Source: Alphaproteobacteria bacterium
GTDB lineage: Bacteria; Pseudomonadota; Alphaproteobacteria; RF32; CAG-239
Direction of reading: 5' to 3'
Assembly (NCBI GenBank): GCA_017484225.1
Contig: JAFUTN010000034.1
Coordinates: 17,844 to 81,843 of the forward strand
Length of the DNA: 64,000 nucleotides
Shown here: in pieces, positions 15,992 to 24,676 of the stretch
Layout: each line of letters starts with the position of its first letter
How positions within the stretch are numbered: the stretch's first letter is position 1
Translations under genes and position numbers: made by a program
The notes under the pieces: generated by a model
Databases searched by the model: none
Told to the model about the DNA's origin: nothing
The model's input: only the letters and a program-made list of their open reading frames with translations

Positions 15992-16825
15992 ATGCCGGAA
16001 TTACCCGAAGTTGAAACCATAAAAAATACGGTAAAACAAGTTTTGCAAAACGCCACACTTGTTGATGTTGTTGTGCGTCAACGCAAATTCAGAGAAGAAG
16101 TGCCGGTTGATTTTGCCGATAAAATCAAAGGTGCAAAAGTTGTCAATTTGCGGCGAATCGCAAAATATTTGCTGATTGATTTAAATAATGGCTACACGCT
16201 GATTTGGCATTTCGGGATGAGCGGAAAATTCAAGATTGCGGATGAAATTCCGAAGAATCCGGACAAACATGATCATATAATTTTAGTAACGGACCAAGGC
16301 GTTGTTACATACAACGATACAAGGCGTTTCGGTTTGGTTACTTACTGCGAATCCGCTAAGCTCGGTCAACATCATTTGTTGGCAAAACTCGGATTGGATC
16401 CGTGGGATGAAAAACTTACACCGGATTATCTTTTGCAGAAATTTAAAAAGAAAAAAACACCGATAAAATTGGCTTTATTAGACCAAGAAATTATCTGCGG
16501 AATCGGAAATATTTATGCTTCCGAAATTTTATATAAAGCGCGAATCCGTCCGGACAGACCAAGCGAATCCGTTACTTGTGCCGAAGCAACCGAAATTATT
16601 ACTTTTACCAGACAAATTTTGGAACAGTCAATCAAGGCCGGAGGTTCCACAATTCACGACTTTAAGCGTCCCGACGGGGATATCGGATATTTTCAAAACC
16701 AGCTGTGCGTATACGGAAAAGAAGGAAAACGCTGTCCTGACTGTGTTTGCGGCGGAAAAGAGCCGATAAAAAAATCCGTGATGGGCGGAAGGTCAACATT
16801 TTTCTGCACAACACTGCAAAAATAG
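15992..16825 (+). CDS. mutM: formamidopyrimidine-DNA glycosylase
   Basis: MPELPEVE N-terminus; the catalytic Pro2 requires the ATG at 15992, not the track start 15974 (RBS GGAGG). C-terminal zinc finger CPDCVCGG...FFC. Confidence 0.92.
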   Translation: MPELPEVETIKNTVKQVLQNATLVDVVVRQRKFREEVPVDFADKIKGAKVVNLRRIAKYLLIDLNNGYTLIWHFGMSGKFKIADEIPKNPDKHDHIILVTDQGVVTYNDTRRFGLVTYCESAKLGQHHLLAKLGLDPWDEKLTPDYLLQKFKKKKTPIKLALLDQEIICGIGNIYASEILYKARIRPDRPSESVTCAEATEIITFTRQILEQSIKAGGSTIHDFKRPDGDIGYFQNQLCVYGKEGKRCPDCVCGGKEPIKKSVMGGRSTFFCTTLQK

Positions 16826-16835
16826 GAGTCACACT

Positions 16836-17198
16836 TTGAAAAATTTGATTTTTACATTGTTTTTCTGTTTTATGTATTCATCCCTTTGCAATGCCGCCGA
16901 TTTTGTTGAAGGTATGGAAGATGTGCCTTTAATGAGCGGTTTAGCGCAAATAACTCAAGACGATATTTCGTTCGGCAACGAAGAAACAAGGTTGGTTGAA
17001 GCTTATCTGACATCTAAAAAAGCAAAATTTAATACCGTCGCCGATTTTTATAAAGATTCGCTTCCTTCATTGGGGTGGATTTATCAAGGAAACCGCGGAA
17101 ATGATTTGCTTTTTTATCGTGACGGAGAAATGCTGGAAGTCGTTAAAGAATCCGCAAATCCTTTAATTGTTCGGATAACGGTCAAAACGAAACCGTAA
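16836..17198 (+). CDS. hypothetical secreted protein
   Basis: TTG start, signal peptide MKNLIFTLFFCFMYSSLCNA, no recognisable motif. Confidence 0.5.
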   Translation: MKNLIFTLFFCFMYSSLCNAADFVEGMEDVPLMSGLAQITQDDISFGNEETRLVEAYLTSKKAKFNTVADFYKDSLPSLGWIYQGNRGNDLLFYRDGEMLEVVKESANPLIVRITVKTKP

Positions 17199-17302
17199 AA
17201 AATTAAAAAAATATAAAAAATTAGTTGACTTCCGGTGCTGCTTGCGTTTATAAAGTTACCCAGAATAAATTTTGTATTAACAGTTTTATAGGAAGAAAAG
17301 TT

Positions 17303-17563
17303 ATGGCCAATCATAAGTCGGCAAAAACAAGAATCGTAAGAAATAATAAGCGCAGCATGATTAACGGCGCAAGAAGAAGTCGTGTCAGAACTTTTGTTAA
17401 AAAAGTTGACGCATTAATCGCTTCTAATGAAAAAGAAGCAGCTGCTGCCGCTCTTAAAGTTGCAGAAAGTGAAATGATGAGAGCTGCTCAAAAAGGCGTA
17501 TTTAAAAAGAATATGGCTTCACGGACGATTTCTCGTTTGTCTCAAAAAATTAAAGCTCTTTAA
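17303..17563 (+). CDS. rpsT: 30S ribosomal protein S20
   Basis: MANHKSAKTRIVRNNKRS..., basic, 86 aa. The track ORF (17225) is extended at the N-terminus; the ATG at 17303 fits S20 length. Confidence 0.92.
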   Translation: MANHKSAKTRIVRNNKRSMINGARRSRVRTFVKKVDALIASNEKEAAAAALKVAESEMMRAAQKGVFKKNMASRTISRLSQKIKAL

Positions 17564-17590
17564 GTTTTAGTTTTACATTTGTTTTTTTTG

Positions 17591-17634
17591 AAATGCAGGT
17601 TACAAACCTAATGGTTGTAATTTGCATTTTTTTG
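17591..17634 (+). terminator. intrinsic terminator of rpsT
   Basis: Stem AAATGCAGGTTACAA / TTGTAATTTGCATTT (two G-U pairs) followed by a T-run. Confidence 0.75.
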
Positions 17635-17845
17635 TTAAAATCAATGAGTTAAGGCGCGACTCTGCATAAATTCTATGTCAAGCAATTTAATTGCAATGTT
17701 CTAAAAAAGTTCTATTGAAATTGTTTTTTTATGCGTTAACATTCTGTTTACGTTTTGCGATTTGCCACAAATCAAAAATAAAGAAATTGAGTAAATCGCC
17801 GTTCTAATTATACCGTTGTAACAAAAACAAGATAAAGAAAAGGAA

Positions 17846-19270
17846 ATGGTAACTATGGCTGAAGAAGCAATACAGAATGAAAATTTTTCAATCAACCAGG
17901 AATGGGAACAAATATGTAGTCAGCTGAAAATGGAATTTGGCGAAACAGCTTTTGAAAGCTGGCTTAAACCTCTCAGTGTCGGTGATTTTAATGATGGTAT
18001 TATGAATATATGCGTTCCGACAACTTTTATGAAAAATTGGGTTATTGCACACTATTCTGACAGAATCCATAAAATTTGGGAACACAAGAATCCGGACATA
18101 AAAAAAGTATGTTTTGTTGTGCAGAACAGTGCTTCCGGTAATGTTAAGGTTGATGTATCGTTGCTCAAAAAAATTAAATCAACCCCGACTCCTCAAAGTA
18201 TATACGGTTTAAATGATGTAACGGCTCCGTGCGGTAATGACCAGTATTTGTCATCTCAGTTAAATCCGTCTTATACTTTTGAAAACTTTGTTGTCGGCAA
18301 AACAAATGAGTTTGCTTATGCTGCCGCCAAAAAAATTGCCGAATCCCGCAATGTGGCTTTTAATCCGCTGTTTTTGTATTCCGGTGTCGGATTGGGAAAA
18401 ACCCACCTGATGCACGCTATTGCATGGCATATTAAGAAACAGGATCCGAGTCGCACCGTTGTTTACATTTCGGCCGAGCAATTTTTATATAAATTCGTAA
18501 AAGCAATGCGCTATAAAGATACGGCGGCTTTTAAAGAACAATTTCGTTCGGTTGATGTCTTGATGATTGATGATGTTCAATTTTTGGCAAACAAAGTTAA
18601 GACTCAGGAAGAATTTTTCTATACTTTTGATTCTTTAATGGAAGGCGGCCGACAAATTATATTATCGGCGGACAAATCTCCAAATGATTTGGACGGCATA
18701 GAAACACGTCTAAAGTCACGTTTGAACAGCGGTTTGGTTGCCGACATTATGCCGACCGACTTTGACTTGAGAATCGGTATTTTGAACAAAAAAGCAGAGC
18801 AAATGGGAGTTAAACTTCCGCAAAATGTTGCTGATTTTCTGGCTCAAAAAATATCATCAAACATTCGTGAACTTGATGGCTCATTGAAAAGAATCGTTGC
18901 ACATTCTCAGTTGTTGCCGAGTCATGAAATTACTTTAGATATGACGCAAGAAGTGTTAAAAGATATGCTTCGTTCTTTTGAGCGCAAAACGACTATTGAT
19001 GAAATTCAGAAAAAAGTTGCTGAGTTCTACAATATTTCAGTTCGCGAAATGCAGTCGTTGCGTCGCGCCCGCAATGTGGCTCGTCCTCGTCAAATCGCCA
19101 TGTATCTCGCCAAGCAGCTGACATCTCGCTCGTTGCCGGAAATCGGCCGCAAGTTTGATCGTGATCACACGACGGTTATGCACGCGGTCAGAAAGGTTGA
19201 AGAACTGATGGTGGAAGATGCTGCTTTAGCCGAAAATATTAATGCTTTGCAAAAGGCTTTGGAAGAATAA
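17846..19270 (+). CDS. dnaA: chromosomal replication initiator protein DnaA
   Basis: AAA+ Walker A GVGLGKTHL, box VII/sensor motifs, and a C-terminal DNA-binding helix DHTTVMHA. The ATG at 17855 has better SD spacing than 17846. Confidence 0.95.
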   Translation: MVTMAEEAIQNENFSINQEWEQICSQLKMEFGETAFESWLKPLSVGDFNDGIMNICVPTTFMKNWVIAHYSDRIHKIWEHKNPDIKKVCFVVQNSASGNVKVDVSLLKKIKSTPTPQSIYGLNDVTAPCGNDQYLSSQLNPSYTFENFVVGKTNEFAYAAAKKIAESRNVAFNPLFLYSGVGLGKTHLMHAIAWHIKKQDPSRTVVYISAEQFLYKFVKAMRYKDTAAFKEQFRSVDVLMIDDVQFLANKVKTQEEFFYTFDSLMEGGRQIILSADKSPNDLDGIETRLKSRLNSGLVADIMPTDFDLRIGILNKKAEQMGVKLPQNVADFLAQKISSNIRELDGSLKRIVAHSQLLPSHEITLDMTQEVLKDMLRSFERKTTIDEIQKKVAEFYNISVREMQSLRRARNVARPRQIAMYLAKQLTSRSLPEIGRKFDRDHTTVMHAVRKVEELMVEDAALAENINALQKALEE

Positions 19271-19359
19271 AAAAATTGTTGAAGACTCTGCATTTTATCT
19301 TCTTATTTGCGACGATATTTGTTAGAGTCCGAATAGTTTAATATTTGGATGGTAAAAAG

Positions 19360-20478
19360 ATGAAATTTACGATAGAAAAATCAGTATTGTTAAAAACACT
19401 CGGACACGTTCAGAATATTGTTGAAAAACGCAATACCGTTCCGGTGCTTTCCAATGTCAGAATTGAAGCCGGCAACGACGGTATCAGTTTCAAAGCAACA
19501 GATATGGATACCGAAATCACGGAAATTGTGGATGCCGGAATTTTAGAAAACGGAGCAATTACGGCTCCGGCTCACATGCTGTATGATATTGTGCGCAAAT
19601 TGTCTGACGGTTCGGAAGTTGAACTTGTGTATCCGGATGAAAAAGAACAATTATCAATTTCTTCCGGCAGATCTAAATTTTCGTTGCCGACAATCGGTGT
19701 TGAAGATTTTCCGGTTATTTCGGCTGATGCGCTTCCAACATCATTCAGCGTAAAACGTGAAGATTTGAAAGATGTTATTGATCGCACACAATTTGCGGCA
19801 TCTACCGAAGAAACAAGATATTACTTAAACGGCTTATATATTCATCCGAAAACCGAAGGCGAAACAAAAGTGCTGCGTGTGGTTGCAACTGACGGTCACC
19901 GTTTAGCCTGTGTGGAGACTCCGCTTCCGCAGGGTGCGGAAAAAATGCAAGGAGTTATTCTGCCGCGTAAAACCGTTGCCGAAATTCGCAAGTTGCTGGA
20001 CGATTCTTCAGCGGAAGAAATCAATATTTCTTTATCAGACAGCAAAGTTCGTTTTGTGTTGGAAGACATTACTCTGGCATCAAAATTGATTGACGGAACA
20101 TATCCGGACTACGAACGCGTTAGTCCGACGGATAATGACAAGATTTTGGAACTTAATGTCAAAAATCTTTCCACTGCCGTTGATCGTGTTTCGGTAGTTG
20201 CCGAAAGAACTCGTGCCATTAAAATGATTGTTAACACCAACCATATTGTGGTTACAACATCAAGTCCGGATTTAGGAAGTGCCGTTGAAGAAATGGAGGC
20301 AAGTTACGACAGCGAATCTTTGGAAATCGGATATAATTTCCGCTATTTGTTGGATATTCTGTCCGAAATTAAAGGAGATAATGCAAAATTCAGTTTCAAA
20401 GACAGTTCTTCACCTTCAATCATTCATGATACTTCGGATTCCAGCGCAATTTATGTATTGATGCCGATGAGAGTGTAA
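19360..20478 (+). CDS. dnaN: DNA polymerase III beta sliding clamp
   Basis: MKFTIEKSVLLKTLGHVQNIVEKRNTVPVLSNV..., ending in MPMRV. The track ORF begins at TTG 19345; ATG 19360 fits the family N-terminus. Confidence 0.94.
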   Translation: MKFTIEKSVLLKTLGHVQNIVEKRNTVPVLSNVRIEAGNDGISFKATDMDTEITEIVDAGILENGAITAPAHMLYDIVRKLSDGSEVELVYPDEKEQLSISSGRSKFSLPTIGVEDFPVISADALPTSFSVKREDLKDVIDRTQFAASTEETRYYLNGLYIHPKTEGETKVLRVVATDGHRLACVETPLPQGAEKMQGVILPRKTVAEIRKLLDDSSAEEINISLSDSKVRFVLEDITLASKLIDGTYPDYERVSPTDNDKILELNVKNLSTAVDRVSVVAERTRAIKMIVNTNHIVVTTSSPDLGSAVEEMEASYDSESLEIGYNFRYLLDILSEIKGDNAKFSFKDSSSPSIIHDTSDSSAIYVLMPMRV

Positions 20479-20479
20479 G

Positions 20480-21676
20480 TTGAGTGATTTAAACGAAAGA
20501 ATAAAACAAATTACAGTCAAAAAGTCAGGTGTTACTCGCCTGACTTTATCTGACTTCAGAAATTATCAAAACTTACGAATTGAATGTGAGATGTCGCCGC
20601 TGGTTATTACCGGAGACAACGGCAGCGGAAAAACAAATATTTTGGAGGCTCTTTCTTTTCTTACTCCCGGAAGAGGTTTACGCAGCGCTAAATTGTCAGA
20701 TATTAAATGCCTGAACTCAAAATCAGAAAACGGCGGATGGTCGGTGGCTGCCGAAATTTTGAAAAATGATGAGGAATACCTTATCGGAACCGGATTGCAA
20801 AACGCAGCGGAAGAATCTGCGGAAACGGGTGAGCAAAAAATTTATAGTCGCCGTATCATAAAAATCAATCAGCAAAAAATTTCACAACAAGCGGAGTTAG
20901 GTAAATACATTTCGGCAATTTGGGTAACTCCGCAAATGGACAGATTATTTCAGGGCGGACCGCAACCACGGCGCAGTTTTTTAGACAGGCTTGTTTATGC
21001 TTTTGATTTGGAACACGCAAAGCGCACGGCAAATTTTGAACATTTGTATCGGCAATGGTTTCAACTTTTGAAATCGGGCTGCAGAGATACTAAGTGGTTG
21101 GAATCCATTGAAACGGATATGTCTTCTTTAGCGGTTGCCATCGCTGCTGCCAGACGGGAATTAATTGCTCGCTTAAACACCTTTATTCTAAATGAGCCGG
21201 ATGACATTTTTCCGGATGTTCGTTTGGAACTTGACGGACCGGCAGAAAAAATGCTGGATACGGAACCGGCAATCAAGGTTGAGGATTTTTACTTGTCTCA
21301 TTTAAAAAAGCAAAGAAACAATGTTTTATATAATGAAAGTCCTGATGGGATAAACCGCACCGACTTCAGAGTTTTTTTCCGCAAAAAAAATATGCCGGCT
21401 GATTTATGCTCTACCGGAGAGCAAAAGGCTTTGCTTATCAGCATTATTTTGGCACAAACAAAATGCCAAATTTTGGACAGAGGATTTGCTCCGATTTTGT
21501 TGCTTGACGAGGTAACCACTCATTTGGATAATCAAAAAAGAGATGCCTTACTTCAAAAAATTTCCGATTTGAGCATTCAGGCATGGATAACCTCTACCGA
21601 ACCGCAAAATTTCGGGATTTTGAAAAATAAGGCGCAATTTTTTGCTGTTCGTAATAACTCAATTTTCAGTCTTTAG
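20480..21676 (+). CDS. recF: DNA replication and repair protein RecF
   Basis: Walker A GDNGSGKTNILEA, the signature STGEQKALLISIIL, a Walker B-like LLLDEV, and the dnaA-dnaN-recF order. Confidence 0.92.
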   Translation: MSDLNERIKQITVKKSGVTRLTLSDFRNYQNLRIECEMSPLVITGDNGSGKTNILEALSFLTPGRGLRSAKLSDIKCLNSKSENGGWSVAAEILKNDEEYLIGTGLQNAAEESAETGEQKIYSRRIIKINQQKISQQAELGKYISAIWVTPQMDRLFQGGPQPRRSFLDRLVYAFDLEHAKRTANFEHLYRQWFQLLKSGCRDTKWLESIETDMSSLAVAIAAARRELIARLNTFILNEPDDIFPDVRLELDGPAEKMLDTEPAIKVEDFYLSHLKKQRNNVLYNESPDGINRTDFRVFFRKKNMPADLCSTGEQKALLISIILAQTKCQILDRGFAPILLLDEVTTHLDNQKRDALLQKISDLSIQAWITSTEPQNFGILKNKAQFFAVRNNSIFSL

Positions 21677-22382
21677 GGTCTTTAATCAATCCGGCATTGC
21701 GGAAACTGAAAACACTGTTTCTGGTAACGATTATATGATCAAAAACTTCAATATCCATTGCCTCGGCAACCATTGCAATTTCATCTGTTAAAGCATAATC
21801 AGTTTTAGAAGGTTTGCTTTCACCGGACGGATGGTTGTGAGCTAATACTATTTTTGTTGCTTTGTATTCTATTGCCGCTCTGATAATTTCTCGCGGATGA
21901 ACATAAGCTTTATTAATTGTGCCGGTATTCATCAATTTTCCTCTCTTGAACTGTAATTTGTCATCAAAAAAGAAAACACGAAATTCCTCAACTTCTTTAT
22001 AAGCCATTAATTGGCGGCAATAGTCAATAAAATCACCCCAGAAAACAATTATAGGTCCTTCATTATCACTGAAACTTTCGCCTGCCGCACGCAAACCGCA
22101 GGCAGAAACAAGTTTAATCATTGTTGCAGTGTTTTCGCTGATACCGTTAATTTCCAGCAATTTTGATACCGGAGCGTTAATCACCCCGCCGATATCCTTA
22201 AATTTAATAATCAATTCTTTAGCCAACGGTTTCACATCTCGGCGCGGAATAGACATTGTCAGCAACAATTCCAGCAGCTCGTAATCAGGCATACTTTCTC
22301 CGTTATCTGCCATAAATCTGCTCCGTAGTCTGGCGCGGTGGCCCAAATAAAGCGGTTGTGTCTGATTTTTATCGTCTGTCAT
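21666..22382 (-). CDS. radC: RadC-family JAB-domain protein
   Basis: Helix-hairpin-helix N-terminal region plus the JAMM motif LAHNHPSGESKPS. Confidence 0.88.
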   Translation of the reverse strand: MTDDKNQTQPLYLGHRARLRSRFMADNGESMPDYELLELLLTMSIPRRDVKPLAKELIIKFKDIGGVINAPVSKLLEINGISENTATMIKLVSACGLRAAGESFSDNEGPIIVFWGDFIDYCRQLMAYKEVEEFRVFFFDDKLQFKRGKLMNTGTINKAYVHPREIIRAAIEYKATKIVLAHNHPSGESKPSKTDYALTDEIAMVAEAMDIEVFDHIIVTRNSVFSFRNAGLIKDPKD

Positions 22383-22400
22383 GAAGGTAGTCCTGAAAAT

Positions 22401-23213
22401 TTATTTATACGGAGGTTTATCCAAACCTTTCGGAGAATACGTAAACACTTCATATCCGTCTTTTGTTACTCCGAGAGAATGTTCAAATTGTGCAGACCAT
22501 TGGTGGTCACAAGTAACGGCGGTCCAACCGTTAGAAAGAATTACTCCGTCTTTTTTACCCATATTTATCATCGGTTCAATGGTAAAAATCATTCCTTCTT
22601 CCATAATCGGCCCCGAACCCTTGCGTCCGCAATGCATAACATTCGGTTCGTCATGAAAAACTTTTCCTACACCATGACCGCAAAACATATCAACCACGGA
22701 ATATCCGTATTTGTGAGCATATTCTTCTATTACTGCACCGATATCACCAAAATGCGCCCCCGGTTTCACCACATCAATACCACGCATCAAACATTCATAC
22801 GTAACTTCACACAAGCGTTTTCCCTTAACTTTAGGTTTTCCGGCAAAATACATTCGGCTGGTATCTCCGAAATATCCGTCTACAATGGTGGTAACATCAA
22901 TATTCAAAATATCTCCGTCTGCCAGTTTACGCTCATAATCCGGAATACCGTGGCAAATTACCTGATTGATAGATATACATACCGATTTAGGATATCCGTG
23001 ATATCCCAAACAAGCCGGAATTGCACCATGATCTTCCATATATTTGCGGCACAAATCATCAAGTTCGCCGGTAGTTATCCCGACCTGAACAAAATCGGTA
23101 ATATAATCCAAACACTCTGCAGCAATTTTACCGGCCTTACGCATACCGGCAAAATCTTCTTCACCGTAAATTTTAATTCCGTTTTTATTCGTTTTCACGC
23201 CTATAAACTCCAT
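22401..23213 (-). CDS. map: type I methionine aminopeptidase
   Basis: Metal-ligand blocks (DILNIDVT, CGHGVG, FTIEPM, QFEHS). The start is at ATG 23213 (MEFIGVKTNK); the track start at 23273 adds an implausible hydrophobic extension. Confidence 0.93.
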   Translation of the reverse strand: MEFIGVKTNKNGIKIYGEEDFAGMRKAGKIAAECLDYITDFVQVGITTGELDDLCRKYMEDHGAIPACLGYHGYPKSVCISINQVICHGIPDYERKLADGDILNIDVTTIVDGYFGDTSRMYFAGKPKVKGKRLCEVTYECLMRGIDVVKPGAHFGDIGAVIEEYAHKYGYSVVDMFCGHGVGKVFHDEPNVMHCGRKGSGPIMEEGMIFTIEPMINMGKKDGVILSNGWTAVTCDHQWSAQFEHSLGVTKDGYEVFTYSPKGLDKPPYK

Positions 23214-23310
23214 TAACCTGTTTAATAGAAGAAATACAACAATCAAATATAAAATACAAGAGCAAAAATACACCGGAAAAATTTTTTATTCTTCACGCCT
23301 GATTAGCATC

Positions 23311-23551
23311 TTTACAATTAAGCAAAGTTTTGCTAGAATCAGCGGCAGAGCATGAAAAAAGCATGCTTCAGGGCGTAAGAACTCTAAACAAAGATTAGTC
23401 GCGTGTATGCGATTTACAGGTTTTTACCGATATTTCGTTCTTTGTATGGACGGATGTCGGTGCGATAAGGCTATAGGCACGAAAACGCCGAGCCGTCTTT
23501 AATCTTTGTACGGTTTCTTAACATCCGCCCACCGATTTAGGTGGCTTTTTT
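23311..23551 (+). promoter_or_regulatory. promoter plus structured leader RNA, copy C, ending in an intrinsic terminator
   Basis: TTTACA (23311-23316), 17 nt, TAGAAT (23334-23339). Hairpin GCATG-AAAAAAG-CATGC is followed by TTCAGGGCG. Helices are TAAGAA/TTCTTA, ACAAAGATTA/TAATCTTTGT, GGATGT/ACATCC and CGGTG/CGCCG, the last with an ATAAGGCTAT loop. Terminator is CCACC-GATTTA-GGTGG plus CTTTTTT. Confidence 0.75.
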
Positions 23552-23586
23552 ATTAACTTTTTTGATTTAATGAAAGGATGTTTGAG

Positions 23587-24480
23587 ATGAAACATTTAAG
23601 ATTTTTGAGTTTGGTTTTGTTAACGTGCGCAAATTCTGCTACGGCAGCCGAATTGCCCTTAAGCGGCAGCTGCGGAAACGGTTGTTTATATGAAATCACC
23701 ACCAATGCAAACGGCAAAAAAGATTTGCGGGTTTATAACGCCCCGACTTATGAAGGCAAGGCATATATAGCTAATGCAGCGTTTGCAAACAGCGGTGTAA
23801 ATGTTGCCAACAATTATGAAGAATACCATGAAAATGCCGTATTTGATAAAATAACGATTGACGGAGATTTTGATATAATAGGAGGTTCCGCTTTTGAACG
23901 TAACAGAGCAACGGAAGTTGTTTTCAACGGAAAGGTTAGGGAAATAGGATATGGAGCTTTTGAACAAAACAATCTTACCTCCATTGATTTACCGGAGTCT
24001 CTTGAAAAAATCGGCGGAGAGGCTTTTCATGCAAATCCGTTAACAACTTTGGTTATTCCGGATTCGGTAACAAGTTTTGGAAGTTTTGGTAGCTCTACAT
24101 TAGTAAATGTAACAATAACAGATACGCTGGAAAGTTTGGGAACTACTTATCCGTTTGGAGGCAACAGTAATTTATCTATTGTGTGCAAAGGAGATATTGA
24201 AAAGTGCAGAAGTTTGGTCAAAAAATATCGCCCAGATAATATTTCTACTGAAATAGACCTTTCCGGAAATGTTATTGCCGCAACTTATGAGCAATGTGAC
24301 GGGCAATATTTTTGGAACGGTATAGGCTGCGTAAAAGAGCCGGATATATCAAAACGTGCCTGCTGTCCGGTGTGTGCTGATTTAGACGGCTACTGCAGCC
24401 GTATTCGTTATACCTTGCCGGAGGCTGACAAAGCAACATCTGACGATAACGAAAATATGATTGAATGGATTTTTGAGTAA
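23587..24480 (+). CDS. secreted BspA-type LRR / Cys-rich protein with conserved C-terminal tail (paralogue 3)
   Basis: Signal peptide MKHLRFLSLVLLTCANSATA; the second ATG has the better SD spacing (AAAGGA). LRR_5-like repeats (IGGSAFERNRATEVVF, IGYGAFEQNNLTSIDLPESLEKIGGEAFHANPLTTLVIPDSV), CDGQYFWNGIGC...CCPVC, and the tail RYTLPEADKATSDDNENMIEWIFE. Confidence 0.85.
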   Translation: MKHLRFLSLVLLTCANSATAAELPLSGSCGNGCLYEITTNANGKKDLRVYNAPTYEGKAYIANAAFANSGVNVANNYEEYHENAVFDKITIDGDFDIIGGSAFERNRATEVVFNGKVREIGYGAFEQNNLTSIDLPESLEKIGGEAFHANPLTTLVIPDSVTSFGSFGSSTLVNVTITDTLESLGTTYPFGGNSNLSIVCKGDIEKCRSLVKKYRPDNISTEIDLSGNVIAATYEQCDGQYFWNGIGCVKEPDISKRACCPVCADLDGYCSRIRYTLPEADKATSDDNENMIEWIFE

Positions 24481-24676
24481 AGTATTATCCTTTGTCATTT
24501 TTGGGCAAATTATCAGATTTGAACCGAAGATTTTGGCTGAATCTTTAATTCGCGTCCGACAATGAATTTTTTATGTCATAATCGGTAATAAAATGTGATT
24601 GATAAGTGCTAAAAAAGGCTTACATTTTATGTCGGTTTTTATTATGATTCCGGTGAATTTACAGGAGAAAAAAATT

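Noticed and set aside
17640-17845. oriC / DnaA-box cluster upstream of dnaA
   Set aside because: I found only weak matches to TTATCCACA (for example TTTGCCACA, with two mismatches) and no clear box cluster or AT-rich 13-mer array. In alphaproteobacteria the origin is often elsewhere, so no origin is called.
22338-23216. 292-aa plus-strand ORF
   Set aside because: It is antisense to map and the radC 5' end. The product is low-complexity and motif-free, whereas the minus strand encodes a textbook methionine aminopeptidase.
23346-23551. Assigning the five-copy leader to a known riboswitch class (c-di-GMP-I/II, ZTP, cobalamin, TPP, guanidine, Mn2+)
   Set aside because: There is a superficial CAGGGC resemblance to c-di-GMP-I. 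The remaining consensus blocks of that class, and those of the other classes as I remember them, are not present. A covariance-model search is needed, so no class is claimed.
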